Shown piece by piece: positions 37,599 through 51,709 of a stretch of 64,000 bases of DNA. The notes below the pieces were generated by a model that searched no databases, was not told the DNA's origin, and saw only the letters and a program-made list of their open reading frames with translations. The DNA is taken from NCBI RefSeq assembly GCF_006345805.1, contig NW_021833589.1, forward strand, positions 1 through 64,000, read 5' to 3'. The stretch is from Octopus sinensis (lineage: Eukaryota). How positions within the stretch are numbered: the stretch's first letter is position 1; each line of letters opens with the position of its first letter. Both the position numbers and the translations under genes were made by a program.

Positions 37599-38353
37599 CA
37601 GGGGTGTCAAACTCATTTTGCTTTGGGGGCTGCATGTATAATATGTGACATGGCTAATCAGGCCCCTATGGGCAACCTGTCCTTTACGTGTTACTATGGC
37701 AACTACTTAACCACTGACAAATTTTCATTTGTAAGTCGTGTTCTATGAACAGTTTTTTTATTTCATGAAAATGTGCCATTTCTTTGTTATGTTCGGCAAC
37801 TGTATTTTTGTCAAAGAAATCTCTTTAAACAAATACACATTATCAGGACAAATAATTTTGGCTGTTTTCACAGGACTTTGATGAAATCACTATCACAATA
37901 TGATTTCCCATTTATTGCAAGCATTCTGCTGATTTCATAACTTGTAGTAACTGATTAACTGGTTATATATCAGACAATGCATTTTTGCATCTATCGTTGT
38001 AGAAAAATATAGAAGTTCCTATTTTTTGAAACACTTCATCTTTCAAACACAGTTTTTTAGTAACAGAAGAAACAAGTAACATTGTCAAACAAGATTTACA
38101 ATATACTAATTATAAAAAATGGATTTAAAAATATGCACAGATATTTGAAACACCCCACTTGAAACAAGCTCTCGAAAAAATTGAATAAATAAAGATGGAC
38201 ACAAAATAATGACGAATAAGTTCAGAATATGCAAGCAGAACAGATTATAGAAATCAACTCAAAAATGTCACAAAATAATGAAAACTATTTTATATTTTAA
38301 AGGCTCGCGTGCCGCACCTATACATGCAAGAGGCCGCGTGTTTGACACCTCTG
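37599..38353. mobile_element. hAT non-autonomous element
   Basis: CAGGGGTGTCAAAC / GTTTGACACCTCTG termini with perfect TSD CTATATGG. Confidence 0.92.
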
Positions 38354-38368
38354 CTATATGGTCTAAAT

Positions 38369-38909
38369 CAGGGGTTCTCAACTTTTTTAGCTCAAGGGCC
38401 AAATCGATAATTAAGATTAGCTTCGCGGGCCGCACAAAAAATATTTTATATATTTTCCATTTTACTAAATATTGATTCGCATAAATATGTAGATTCATAT
38501 ATGCATTATGTGTTATATTTTTGAATTTGTCTTGAGGAATTAATTTGTAAAAATTAATTTGAACAATGCCGCCAGTTCTATATCATGTTGTAAATTAATG
38601 AGTTCTAGTTGAAACTTTGCAGGCGCATCCTTAATTTCCACGCTGAATGGAGTTGCGAATATTTTCATTAAAGGAAGGAATTCTTTAAAATTCTAAAAAT
38701 TAAATTTATATAAATGTACCCCAAAACGTGTTTCAAATTGATTAATTAAATCACCAATTATGGATATGTTTTTTTTTGTTTAACCTTAAGAATGAATAAT
38801 TAAATTTAAACATTATTAAAAAATTAAAAAAGTTAGTTACTCTAGAGGGGCCGCAAAAAAAATCCTGGGGGCCACATGCGGCCCCGGGGGCCGCATTTGA
38901 GAACCGCTG
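38369..38909. mobile_element. hAT non-autonomous element
   Basis: CAGGGGTTCTCAA / TTGAGAACCGCTG termini with perfect TSD GTCTAAAT. Confidence 0.92.
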
Positions 38910-38925
38910 GTCTAAATAACATATA

Positions 38926-40694
38926 CAGTCTGTACCAAAACATTATAATACTCGTAAATTTAGTTAAAATATAACTCTATTTCACAAATATCCATTTTTA
39001 TGACTTAATTTTTTACATCCAAATTCAAATTTACTTTCTTTAACTATTAAAAAATTATTTGATTTTACGAGATCACTGGTTGGGGTGATACAAATTGTCA
39101 TGTACCATAACATTATAATAATTTTTGTCATGTACCATAACATTATAATAATTTTTATATTTTTCATACAAAAACAAATTTATTTAAACTTAACACGTTA
39201 TTATTTAATTTACATGGAAGGACAAAGCGACTTGTCATTTGATACAAAAAAATTATTTTAAATCTCCATACCTTTGGACTTAGTCAAAACAAAATCGCGG
39301 AAATCACAAATTGCTCACAAGGATCAGTTTCCAACGTGTTGCGGAAGCAAAATAACGAGAAAAACAATCGTGTCGGAAAGGGAAGGCCGAAATTAACGTC
39401 TTCACGAGAAGAAAGAGTTATTCAAAGAGTTTTGATGGAAAATATATTCATCTCTATTAAGGAAATTTCCGAAAAACTTATTCCTCACGGAATTAATTTG
39501 AGCCGAATGACAATAAGCAGACGTCTAAACCAATTGGGATTTTTTTCCATAACCCCTGTTTGCAAGCCCTTCCTAACATTAAAACAACAGAAGCAAAGAT
39601 TAGCTTTGGCTAAAGGGAAAATAAACTGGACTATAGAACAGTGGTCCAAAGTTATTTTTTCTGACGAATCTAAGTTTCTGCTGTTAATTGGTGAAAAAGG
39701 TGCGTATGTTTGGCGTAAAAGAAATGAAACAATTCATCCTTACATTTTTCAACAAGGCCCTCAATGAAATCGTGAAGGCCGGTCTCGAAATGGCGGGCCA
39801 TTCGTGCCTCCTCGAACCGGTCAGACTCGATCGGGGAGATGGCAAAAGGCCTGACGGGATGACAATATTCCCGTACTCGTCGGGGAAGGCCCTTGTATGG
39901 GATGTCACCGTTGTGGATACCTTTTCGAAATCGAGGATCCATTCTTCTGCGGCAAACCCTTGTTCGGCTGCAACCACGCCGAAAAGATCAAAATACATAA
40001 ATATTCTTCGCTCGCGGACCGCTACCGCGTTACGGCAATCGCTCTGGAGACCGCTGGAGTTGCAGGAAAGGAGACTGACTCGTTCCTCAAAGAGGTCGGG
40101 CAGTCCATCGGGAGAAGGCTCAAGGACTCGAGAGAGAGCCTCTGGTTCCGCCAGCGCATCGGCCTGGCCATTGTTCGGGGCAACGCACACTGCGTCCTCG
40201 CCGCTGGACTTCTGAAGGAGCAAGCCTGTCTGCACAGTTCATTTTTGATTAGAAGACCTAATTTTAGAGATTAAAACGAAAAATAGCAATGAGATCTGTC
40301 AATTATTACCCCCCTCACAACCTAAACCAATTAGCGTTCAGTATTCATTGATTTTACTTTTTCTATTAAGGTCTACTTATAAATTATTTTATGGGATTCA
40401 ATGGAAAACTTAAGTTATTTCAATTTTAATTTTAAATCATGTTAAAATTTTAAATAATTTAATAAATATATTGTTGATGATAGGCTTGTTAGGTGTCAAA
40501 GTTGCGTCTAGCGCTCGGTCGCGCGCTGCGCTCGCGACATAATATATTTTTAAGAATTAATTTATTTAAGAATAGTTAGATAAGTCAATTTAGAAATTAC
40601 ATGCTAAAAATTAACACTTAAAAATTGATATAAGTAGAGATACAAATGATTTATTGATAAATTTGCCAATATTATAATGTTTTGGTACAGACTG
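38926..40694 (+). mobile_element. Tc1 transposon, transposase truncated by a CRE insertion
   Basis: TIR CAGTCTGTACCAAAACATTATAAT, TA TSD. GRPKLTS and WSKVIFSDESKF. Confidence 0.9.
39750..40274 (+). mobile_element. 5'-truncated CRE (RLE region)
   Basis: LEPVRLDRGDGKRPDG, WDVTVVDT, AIALETAG, WFRQRIGLAIVRGN. Confidence 0.88.
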
Positions 40695-41135
40695 TACAAT
40701 CAATACGTGGAACATACGATTAGCTATGCGTGTGGAATCGGACGAAAAAACTCAATTGGAAAAATCAATCAAAAATCAACAAAATTCAGTTGAAGGTAGC
40801 AAACCTGCTAAATAAATATTTCGATAGAGATTATTCCAAAAGGCTGGAACATCATAAAGTAATCTGATGTAATTTATCTACGCAAGTTTCGTTATAAAAA
40901 TTCCACTTTGTACCGAAAATGCGTTGCAATGACGTCGGAACTTTGGGAAAGGTTGCAAGAACTGCTGAGGGAGGCTGAGATCACCTGAATCTTTTTTTGG
41001 ATATGAAGGTTGTTTTCTGGTTCAATAAATAAAAAAACCTATAAAAATAAATTGAATTGAATGTTTTATTTTTACGTGAAACTAAGAAAACGAAAAATAA
41101 GTTATGCGGTTAAGCAATTCCTCATCGGACATAAA

Positions 41136-41170
41136 ATTCAATGGACCACGCCGTTGAATGGACCGACTAG
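41136..41170 (+). mobile_element. Helitron-type 3' terminus
   Basis: Hairpin ATTCAATGG-accacg-CCGTTGAAT, followed 7 nt later by CTAG|T. Confidence 0.55.
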
Positions 41171-41279
41171 TTTTTATTAAAATAAAATAGAATTTTTATG
41201 AATTAGACGACGGTCGAATTATTTTAAGTTAATAGATAATATTATTTCCAATAAAAAATAATTATTAAGCATTGGGGCA

Positions 41280-41800
41280 TTTGATTGAGAGGACGAGCGA
41301 ATAGACAGGCAGTTTCCGCGCAATATCACGAGCGAAATGCGCTGAAAAAGCCAGCTAGACTCACTCAGGATTATTTTAATTTTGATTTCGATCCGTCATC
41401 TTTTAAAGATGTTGATAAGAAAAAAAGATACAGATTGAAAAAATTTTCGAATCTGATCAGGTTTAAAGACGGAAAAACTTACATTTGCAGGAAGATACTG
41501 AACTTCGTTTTTTGGCGCTCGAGGAATATGAGCTAAAGCTCAAACACATTGAAATTACCTATTGTTAAGCATGGTCAGTCCGAGCATAATATGGATCACC
41601 TTATACGAGATCGTTTATTTGATAGCCTTCGTTATTGTTATTACGATGTTACCCGAACTGAGGTTGCTCAGATTTTTTCAAAATGTTCATTTTTTCAGGT
41701 AGTTTTCATAACATTCTCTAAGACATTGTCTCAGATTATAACTCCACCGTTCAAGAAACTACTTAAGTCAGTTAATTATAATCCCGGAATTCATTTCACA
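41280..41800 (+). pseudogene. Ginger-type integrase N-terminal remnant
   Basis: H-x3-H..RDR..YYDVTR..C pattern, similar to the 2166 ORF. Confidence 0.5.
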
Positions 41801-41882
41801 AGAAACGGAGATGCATCTGAAAAGTTTGATCCTGCCCACGGTGATCGGTCTGGCACGACGATGTCATAGGGTCAGAGTTCTA

Positions 41883-42941
41883 CACCTTTTTGGTATCAAA
41901 TATCCGAACTGTGATGTCAAACGTAATTATTGTGGTTTCTAATATCCGAACAGAGATGTCAAACGTCATTACTGTGGTTTCTAATATCCGAACTGAGATG
42001 TCATTATTGTGTTTTATAATGTTCGAACTGTGATGTCAAATATGTTAATGTCAAAATTACGTATCTAAAAAATATAAATGGATTTTTGTTCGTTCGAAAT
42101 GAATACTTTAGTTAAAACTATGAATACTTCTTCTCGTGTTAGTAAAACATATAATAAAACAAATTTGGAAGCCAAAATAAGAATTATATCTGCTTATAAA
42201 ATTTAAGATGCAGATCGGCATATTGTGGCGGAATCGAATAGAGTTAAGCGAAATACAGCTTATAAATGGATACGAAATGCTTCACAACTTAATAAAAAAC
42301 GTAGAGGATTCAGATGGTCAAAAATCACAGACACTGAAATATCGAGAATGATAAACTATGTTGAGGAAAATCCTATCATCACTCTAAGCGAAATTTGTGC
42401 GAGACTACTTAATGAAACTGGAATTTCTATCCATTATTCGACAGCAGCTAAATATTTACATGGAAAATTATTTACAGTTAAGAAAGTATTTTTATATTTG
42501 TAAAAGCAAGGTTATAACTGAAACCAATTTAATGAATTCAGAAGCAAACAAAATGAAAAAGAAAGAATATGTCGAAAAAATAATAAATAGAAAAAGTCGA
42601 GACAAAAATATAATTTATATGGACGAAACCAATGTAAACTTATTTTTAAGAAGAACTCAAGTATAATTTATTAATGTTGATCGAGATGAACAATTTAACT
42701 TCCGATGACAATATTTAGCAACTTAACATTGATTTCATTAATAAATATCATTTTTTCACTAATGTGCAGAAAAAATTAAAGGATGTTTATATTGTGGACT
42801 GTTGAGATCACAATTCGGATATTTGATATCGCAAAAAATATAGGAACGGACTTTTGACATCACCGTCCGGATATTAGAAACCACAATAATGACGTTTGAA
42901 TATTTGACATCCTAGTTTGGATATTCGATACCAAAAAGGTG
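41883..42941 (+). mobile_element. IS630/Tc1-like transposon, deleted
   Basis: TIR CACCTTTTTGGTATC with subterminal repeats of about 37 bp, TA TSD. HTH and IYMDET motif. Confidence 0.85.
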
Positions 42942-42959
42942 TAGAAGTCCTTTTTTTGG

Positions 42960-43195
42960 TAGACATTATGTGCCTCCTGAGCGTTGCTATATCCGATTGG
43001 AAGTTCCAACTGACATGGTGGACCACATAACGCCACGCTAAGACCGGAAGGTAAGAAATCCCCATTTGCAACTGTGTCTTGGCAGAACTACTCGTCGTCT
43101 CGCGGGCAAAGGAACGATGACAAGAATTGACCCCGAGCTGGAAACTAGTCTCCTTCGGATTCGAACCCACGATTGTCTAGAATCTAGATAAGCTG
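42960..43195 (-). mobile_element. tRNA-derived SINE
   Basis: B-box GGGTTCGAATCC at 43157-43168. Body homologous to the copy at 53300-53610. Confidence 0.6.
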
Positions 43196-43199
43196 AAAT

Positions 43200-44245
43200 A
43201 GAAAAGATAAATCCCGGGTCATCATTTGCTCATTTTCATTGTATTATTCATCAGCAATATTTGTGTTCAAAGATATTAACAATAGAAAATTCCATTAGTT
43301 TGGTCACGAAAACAGTATCAGAGGTCATCCCCTCAACCACCGGCAGTTTAGTAAACTGTTGACAGATATTAATAATCAATTCAGCGACATTCCTTTTTAT
43401 ACTCCATCACTTCACAAAGTTGTTAAAAAATTTTATTTGTTGAGATCGGAAATAATTTTATTTATGGAGATGAAAGGGCAAAACACAGACGAAATGAATA
43501 GTCAATCTTGGATCAAAGATTTGGCATCTGCAGTGGATATTACCCCATATATGAACGACCTTAATTTAGAATCGCAGGGCAGACAAGCTTATAACTCAGT
43601 TGTCAGATCATATCAAGTTTTTTATTTCGAAAATAAAATTATGGAAGTTTCAGCTATTAAATGAAGATTTATCTCATTTTCCTACGTGCAAAGAGCTCAG
43701 GAGTACTGTTGATGCACATAATGTAATAAATTTTTCTCAGTATGAAAGACAACTAGAATCGTTGTTAAATGAATTTTAAGAAAGATTTAATGATTTTTTG
43801 TCTTTTGAATAACAATTTTCATTATACGCATCACCATTCTCTTTCAAGGTTTCCAATGCAGATGAAAGTTTACAAATGGAATTATTGGAAATCCAATCAG
43901 ATTCTATACTTAAAGCTAAATATTTGGAAGTCGGAATACCTGCTTTTTTCATATCTTTCTGGAAAGTTTAAAAATTTTAAAAAGTTTGCGACAAAAACCA
44001 TTGCTATATGTGTGTGAACAGCTTTTTTCATTTATGAAATTGACAAAAACTGCTCAAAGAACATAGCTCAGCCTGACATATCAAAAATTGTATCTAAAAA
44101 AAGATGTCAATCCTCTTGAAGCAGCTCTCACCAAAATTTAAGGGCGATGATTGAATAATTTAGATAAATATCAAGAATTAATCTTCCCTTAATGAGAAAT
44201 TATTATAAATGCGGCCCTCGAAGCGAAATGAGTTTAACATCCCTG
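43200..44245 (+). mobile_element. hAT (SPIN/GTF2IRD2-like) 3' remnant
   Basis: FYLLRSEIILFMEMKG..WIKDLA..DIT..MNDLNL. Terminus GAGTTTAACATCCCTG. Confidence 0.8.
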
Positions 44246-44299
44246 GTCTAGATCCAACATCCATAGCTAATATATTTATCTGAAAAATCCTCAACTGAC

Positions 44300-46870
44300 C
44301 GGCCTTGTTATGAGGCGCAGGCATTCCTTACCCGCTTGTCTGGTTTCCGTAGAAATAAAGTCATTCCGTCTCGGATCCCTAAATCAGCCAGGATTCAAGT
44401 GACCAAATCTTTGGCTCTTGCAATCGAGCGATCTCTGGCCTCAAACTCGCCAGATGATTGGTACAAGCTCTTCTCTTTTGCCTCCGTTTGTCTCGGAGGC
44501 TCTCCCAGCCACAACCACGGTGGCGACCACACGTCTCTTTCGCAGAATATTAAATCAAATTGTGAAATATTCGACAACGCTAAATTCGATATCAGCGCCA
44601 TTTCTCCTCAGTCCGTAAAAAAGCACCGTCGTCCAAACGTATCCATTCAAGACATCACTAGAATGGTTCGAGGCAAGCTCATGCAAGGCAATGTGCGCAG
44701 TGCTGTCCGTGTTATCTGCTCTAACTCATCTATTGCCCCTCCTTCGGACAAGGTTCTTAGTCAACTACGTTCAAAACACCCTGCGGCACCGGACGATCTA
44801 TCCGAAATTCCTGAGTTGGTCACTGGTTTCGTTTTTAACGCATATTCCGTCACTTCAGCAGAAGTATCTGCTGCTCGCAATTTTTTCCCCCTCAGTAGCA
44901 GTGGTGGTATTGACGGTTTGAAACCCATCCATCTCAAGGACCTTCTTTCTCCGGTAACTTCTGAGGCGGGAAGATGCCTAATGTTGGCCATCATGTGCCT
45001 ATGCACAAGAATTATCTCTGGTGAGATCCCTCCTTTTGCAAGGGATTTACTTTTCTCCGCAAATCTGACGGCTCTAAACAAATGTGATGGTGGAATACGA
45101 CCCATTGCTGTTGGGAATGTCTTTAGACGCCTGGCGGCTAAAATTATTTGCCGTTCGGTAGTCTGTGAAGCAAGTGAACTTTTAATGCCGATCCAACTGG
45201 GCGTAGGTGTGAAAGGTGCTTGTAAAGCAGCCGCCCATGGTATACGGCAGCTGGATTTCTCCGAAAATAATGGAGTCCCTTTTCTCCTTAAACTGGATGT
45301 CATGAATACATTCAATTCTATCCGTCGAGATCATATTTTAGAATCTGTTCGTAATCGTTTTCCCTCATTATATCCCATCGTACATCTATCATATGCCTCC
45401 CCAAGTTGTCTCCTATTTGCTGACAACGTTATTATGTCTGAATCGGGGATCCAACAGGGTGACCCATTGGGGCCTCTTCTGTTCTCCCTAGGAGTACATC
45501 ATATTGCGTCTCAATTATCTTCCAAAGTCAATCTTTGGTATCTTGATGGCGTCACACTTGGTGGAGATTTGGAGGTCGTGAAAAATGATGTCACAAGAAT
45601 TATTTCTGGATTTGCTTCTATCAGACTCGTTCTCAACGGATCTAAATCTGAACTAATCCACCTGTCTGCAAATCCACTCGAATTTAAATTTATCTTCTCA
45701 ACTTTAGCTCATTGTATTGAGCATCACCGCTTTTGACGAACTTATTATCCTCGGATCACCAATCAGTGGTAAGGGTACTAAGAAGGCTCTGGCTAAAAAG
45801 GAAGAGGAAATAGAAATCCTCATTTCGCGTATCTGTAAACTTGAATCACACCTGGGGCTTTTTCTACTCAAGAACTATCTCTTTATTCCGAAACTTACTT
45901 TTCTCATGCGCTCTACGCCGTGCTTCCGAAAACAAGAATACTTATCTCGCCTGGATAATCTGGTTTCCAAAGCTCTTGGGCTACTGGTGAACACAAAATT
46001 CAAATTTGATGATATGGTGCGTGCCAATTTGCCCATCCGTTATGGGGGAATCGGTATTCGCTCTTGCCCTCGGGGGCTTAAAGTCCCGGACATTCTGTCA
46101 GCTCAAAAGAACTGGGACAACATATATATTGTTCTCACATAAAGATATCCAGTCACACGCCGATCAGTTTCAGTTGGCAAGCATTAATTGTGCCTGTCAA
46201 CCGCATTCGGTCGATTGGCTGAATGCGTTACCGATCTCGTCAGCGGGCATGTTCCTAAACAACGAATCAGTCCGCATCGGAATCTGTTTACGGCTTGGCA
46301 TAGAGATTTGCCAGCCGCACCATTGCAGATGTGGACAACTCATTGACAGGAGAGGTTTACACCCTCTCTCTTGTCGCCTTAGTGCCAGCAGGATCCCCAG
46401 GCACGCCTCATTGAACGACGTTGTAAAGCGCGCGCTTAACGCCGCTGGATTCCCCTCGATGTTAGAACCGATAGGACTAGACCGTAGGGACGGAAAACGC
46501 CCTGACGGGTCGACTTTATTCCCGTTTAGGGAGGGAATGGCACTCGTGTGGGATGTTACCTGCGTAGATTCATTTTCCTCATCATCGTTGGTTACTCCGC
46601 TTCTCGTCCTGGATCTGCATCTGCCCTTGCCGAATCTAGGAAAACTGCAAAATATGGCTCTTTTACCGATACCTGCTGCTTGATTCCTCTGGTTTTCGAG
46701 ACCAGTGGGATAATTGACCCAAAGCCCTCAAAATCCTCTCAGAGATTGGTTTAATCATCTCGAGGAGGAGTCACAACAGTTGTGAAACAAGCTGGCTTTT
46801 TCAGCGGATATCGTTCGCGATATTACGTGGAAATTGCCTGTCCATCCGCTCGGCGACTCATCTAAATTAG
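44300..46870 (+). mobile_element. CRE retrotransposon, near full-length, frameshifted and deleted
   Basis: SSGGIDGLKP, GIQQGDP, WYLD, LEPIGLDRRDGKRPDG. Confidence 0.9.
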
Positions 46871-46959
46871 TTAACTTCTCTATTGTCTGCAAGTTTTAAA
46901 TGTTTTTTTGACAAATTGAGTGCTTTTATTTGTGATATTTTATTTATGTAAACCAAAAG

Positions 46960-47900
46960 AGAAATAGTCATTGGCAGATAGCCAGAGTATTGCCTCTGAC
47001 TATTGCTATAGATATTCTTTCGATTAAATACCGGTGCTCACACGGATCGCCGGTAACCCTTCCGATTAATGAGGCAATGCGCTGGAGTAGGGTCCGAGTA
47101 GAAGGCCCCTGTATTCCTGACGTCTCAACAGCCAGGGGGACAAACACTCTCCCATTCCCAATTCCAGCGTATTTCTCAGCTTTTCTCTTCTCTGCCCGTT
47201 CAGACGGGGCTCCAGGATTCTCGATGCATAATTTGATGTTCTGATTGGAAAAGGAGTTCACACACGTGACGTCCCAAACCAGACACTTTCCCCTCTGGAA
47301 TGGAAATGTGGTCATCCCATCGGGTCTTCTGCCGTCCTCTACGAAAATCCCTGCAGGTTCCAATGTGTGTGGAATCCAGCAGTTCGAAGAGATCGACAGA
47401 TGATCTGGTTCAGTTCGGAATGCCGTGAGGAACGTCCAATTCCGTTTCGACATGAGAGGGAGTGATATCCAAACTCGTCAGTTTACATGCCGCACCGGCA
47501 TTGGTGTTTTTCATAGACGCGTAGACCGAGGCGCAGACAAACTCCAATTCTTACGGCTTCATCATTAAGAAGGCAGCCAGTTGTATTACAAGGGTAACAG
47601 TTTAGCCACGCGCCGCTTAGGGGCTGGCTGCCCGCTTGTAAACAAGCCAACCTTCTCTGGTCCATGGTTTCCTTTAGGCATGAAAACGTATTGGCGTGGA
47701 CTTTCGACGTCCACTCCGATTGGCAGGTCACATCAGATGGCAATGGCAATCCCAGCTTTTCCCATACGGCGACGCAATCATCCACAGCAAATGATTTCCT
47801 CTGTTCGTTTATTTGAGAAAGAACAGTGTCGATCATATCTCTGGACGAGAGTACTGAGGAAAAATATGCGCCGTGCGCTGAATCTGCCGGGGTGATCAAG
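46960..47900 (-). mobile_element. 5'-truncated CRE with internal deletion
   Basis: SGAWLN..CRCG, then GRRPDG..ERISIAIVRGN. Confidence 0.88.
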
Positions 47901-48269
47901 CCGATCCCTCCTTTTATTTTAAAAAAAATAAAAATATATTTATGTATTCAATTACTTAAAAAATTATTTTTTAATTTTGGTAAACATAAAGTTTTTTTTT
48001 TTTACTTTCTTTTAATTGCTGTCTATAGGTATGTAAAAAATTCTTCAGAGTATCGAATTTCTAAAGATGCTTTGCAAAATAAATTTCTGGAAAATTTTTC
48101 TAGCCTAGCTAAATGAGCGGCGCGCTACGCATGGGCAGCCTGTTACATTTTTTGACCTTGCAAATGTCTTGATTATTCGACATTAAATTTTGTATATCTG
48201 ATTTTTATCGTGATCTATTAGATTAGTTTTTATTTATAAATGTTGATTATAAAGATTTTATTTTTTTAT

Positions 48270-49120
48270 AAGGCAAACATTAATTTATAGCGTGATATTT
48301 ACGATTAAAGATTGTTTTGTTGCAATGGCTTCTTACAAGGGTTTTGTAAAAGAATCCGTTGAATGTCAAATTTTAAAAGATGCTTTACATAACAAATTTA
48401 AGAAGATGGAGAATTTCGTCATTATCAATGGCAAGTATTGTAAATTTGCAATAAATTTACAGACTTTATCTTATCCTCAACAATGAAAACGGAATGGAGT
48501 TTGTGGTGAAATTATTATTTCTCACGGAGGAGTAAATAAAATTGAATAGGTGACAAGATATTCCACTGTCAAGAATGAGATTATCAGAAAAGTCATTCGA
48601 AATTGTGAAATTTGCAAATTTTTGCGTTCTTTAAAAGTTTGAAATTTTTTTTAATTGTAGATTTGAGATATAAATCACTATGTGCTCGTTTCATGTCCAA
48701 ATGAACGCTTTCAAATAGATATAATAGATCTGAAAAGATTTTCAACACTAAACGACAATTTAAAATGAATTTTAACGGTCGTTGACATTTATTGTAGGTT
48801 GGTTTTTTAATTTTTTTATAGATTTGCATTTGCAAGACCACTCTATAATAAGTCTGGTAAAGAAGTGTGTAAAAACTTAAGATTTTTGTTTCGCCTAAAT
48901 GGACCGTGCAAACTTCCTCAATCGACAATGGGTCGGAATTAAAAATCAAGAAATAATACAACTATGCGTTGATTTTAACAAATCCACGGAAGGCCTATTA
49001 ATCCTCGGGCTCAAGGAATTGTCTAAAGATTTAATTAAACGATAACCAGGAAGTTGTTAAAAATGGTGGATAACATTAAAAAAGTGGGTTGATAAGTTAG
49101 AAAATGCTGTCTACCGTTAT
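48270..49120 (+). pseudogene. Heavily degraded Ginger-type integrase
   Basis: PNERFQIDIIDL and HGRPINPRAQG. Confidence 0.65.
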
Positions 49121-49189
49121 AACTAGGGCAACCAAAAGTCATTAAAGTCATATCAAAAAAGAATTGTTTTTTTAATTTAATAAACAACT

Positions 49190-50288
49190 ACTGTTTACCC
49201 TCAGAAGCGCACCATGCTTTGCCAATCCCGAGAGTCTTTCCAGATTCGACCATGCCCTTAGGACTTGCCTCGAATCAATATGTAATGCACCATTCGACGA
49301 TCTTGGCTGGGAACAGGCAATACTCCCTATCAGTCATGGCGGCATCGGTGTGCGCTCAGCCACTGACCTTTCTTTGCCAGCATTCCTTTCCTCCACACAT
49401 GCCACGAGCACCCTTGTCCAAGAGATTCTCCAACCCTTTTCCGAATCCTCTTTGGAAACAGAGTCAGTCGCCGCAAAAAGCCGCTCGCTTGGGTTGTCTC
49501 TTGAGCTTCCTCAGAATCCGCACGCACAGGCCGAATGGGACAGGATCCTCTGCGACCAGAAGCTAAACAAGCCCAAGCTTAACCAACATCGCTTGGCTTG
49601 CTTACTGGCTGCCTCACAACCATATTCGGGGGCTTGGTTGACCGCTATCCCAATGGGTTCTATTGGAACCTTATTGGACGATGATTGCCTGAGGATCGGC
49701 ATATCACTGCGCCTAGGTCTGAACGTATGCCGGGAACACCGGTGTCGCTGTGGATCGACCGTTGACCCCTTCGGATTGCACCCGTTATCGTGCCAAAGAA
49801 GTTCCGGACGCTTCCCTCGACATACGGCTCTGAACGACATAGTCAAGCGGACCCTGGGAACTGCCGGATTCCCTTCACAGCTGGAACCGGTCGGGCTGGC
49901 TCGGGAGGATGGTAAACGTCCTGATGGTCTAACGACCTTCCCATTTGAAAACGGCAAGTCTCTCATCTGGGACGCCACTTACACGGATACCTTCTCCGCC
50001 GGGAACATCTTGTCGTCGGCTTCAGAGCCGGGCTCCGCAGCCAACCTGGCCGAAACGCTAAAAATCAAGAAATACAGTGCATTATCTCACCGCCACATCT
50101 TTGCCCCGATCGCAGTGGAGACATCGGGAGTCCTCGGCCCCAGAACTAAAAAATTCCTTATTAAACTGGGGGATTTGGCAAGCAGAAGAAGAAATGATCA
50201 TCGGGAACGGACATGGCTTTTCCAACGCATATCAATAGCCATCTTGCGTGGGAATTGCCATTCCATCCTATCCTCTGCTGCTAATTAA
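49190..50288 (+). mobile_element. 5'-truncated CRE
   Basis: ORF 49350-50288: SATDLSLPAFLSS, CRCG..H, GKRPDG, FQRISIAILRGN. Confidence 0.92.
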
Positions 50289-50498
50289 ATATACATAATT
50301 ATCATAAATTGATTCACCTTATTACTAAAAATCATAAACAAATTATATTTTTATTTACTTTCGATGTAGTCTTATAGGTCATTAATGTCATGTTTTTTTC
50401 ATAAAGTCATATGTTTAAATTTATAAATTAATAATTACGCACGCTTAAATATATTTGTTGTGATGGCTAAACCTAAAAAATCAAATAAAAAGAAAATA

Positions 50499-51434
50499 CA
50501 GTCAAACCCCGTTTACTCGCCAAATTTGGGACCAAGCAAAAAATGGCGAGTAACTGAATTTGGCTTGTAACTGAATAATCAATATCAAATTTTAATTAAA
50601 TTTTATATTCACAAAATTAAAAATAATTAAAGTAAATAATAAAAATATCATTATTTCAGGCATAGGTCAATAATTAAAAGAATTTTTCTTTTTTTTTTAA
50701 TTCAATATCCCAATGATAAAGCCATTAATTAAGAATTTTTTTAGTCATCCATGCTTTTGAGGAATGACAGTATTTTAAATATTTCTCAATTTTAATGTTT
50801 TTAAAACATCTTTCTCAAGCATGATTATTAAAGTTTCAACCGATCTTTAAGGATTTTATTTCCAAGTCGAGTTTTTGAGCAAATGCTTTTTGAAGGAACA
50901 TTTTTATAAAAAAACACCAGTTTCGTCACCATTGTAAACATTTTCACGATCATATTGTTGTAATTTCGTAGATAAAATTATTTGAAAATTTTCAATTTGC
51001 TGATTTAGATTTTCAGTTATTGAGCCAGATTCTCCATGGAATAATCTTAATTTTAAATTGTTTCTCTGTTTGAATCTGGAAAGCCATCCATTGCTTCCCA
51101 TAAAATCAGTTATTTCATGTAATCTTGTAATACTTTTTGCTTTTAATAAAATTGCATTGTCATCAAGAAATCCTCCAGCCAATTCTATTTTCTCGAGCCA
51201 AGATACAACTTCCGATTCTAGTGCAGGGAATTTTCCGCAAGATAAACGACTTTTTCCCAAAAAATTAGATTAATAGAGGCTATTTCGCTTTTATTTATTT
51301 TTAGAAAATAGTGGCGAGTAACTGAAACTGGCGAGTAACTGAATTCTTCTTATAAAAATTGATATTTCGTCAAAAAAGTGGCGACTAACTGAGGTGGCGA
51401 GTAAGTGGGGTGGCGAGTAACCGGGGTTTGACTG
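50499..51434 (-). mobile_element. pogo/Tigger-like deleted element
   Basis: TIR CAGTCAAACCCCG(T/G)TTACTCGCC, TA TSD. GSNGWLSRFKQR and VYNGDETG. Confidence 0.9.
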
Positions 51435-51709
51435 TATATAATATGTCACCGGTTTTATAGCCCACCGGGTTGGATAACCCACCATCGAAAAAATTAACAA
51501 AAAATATAAATATAATCTAAAAATCATCTAAAAATATAATTAACTTGATTTTCTTCTTTTTTATTAGTTTTTATATTTCTGCGTGCTACATAAATCACAC
51601 ATAATTCATTTGAAGCTTTACATTTTTAAAATAAATAAAATTTAATTTATTTAATGGGAGTCAACAAAAAATAAGAATTAATTCATTTGAAAAAAATCAA
51701 AATTTTCAT

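Noticed and set aside
43140-43190. Functional tRNA genes here and at 53550-53610
   Set aside because: No complete cloverleaf or acceptor stem, and both continue into a shared non-tRNA body, so they were called SINE heads.
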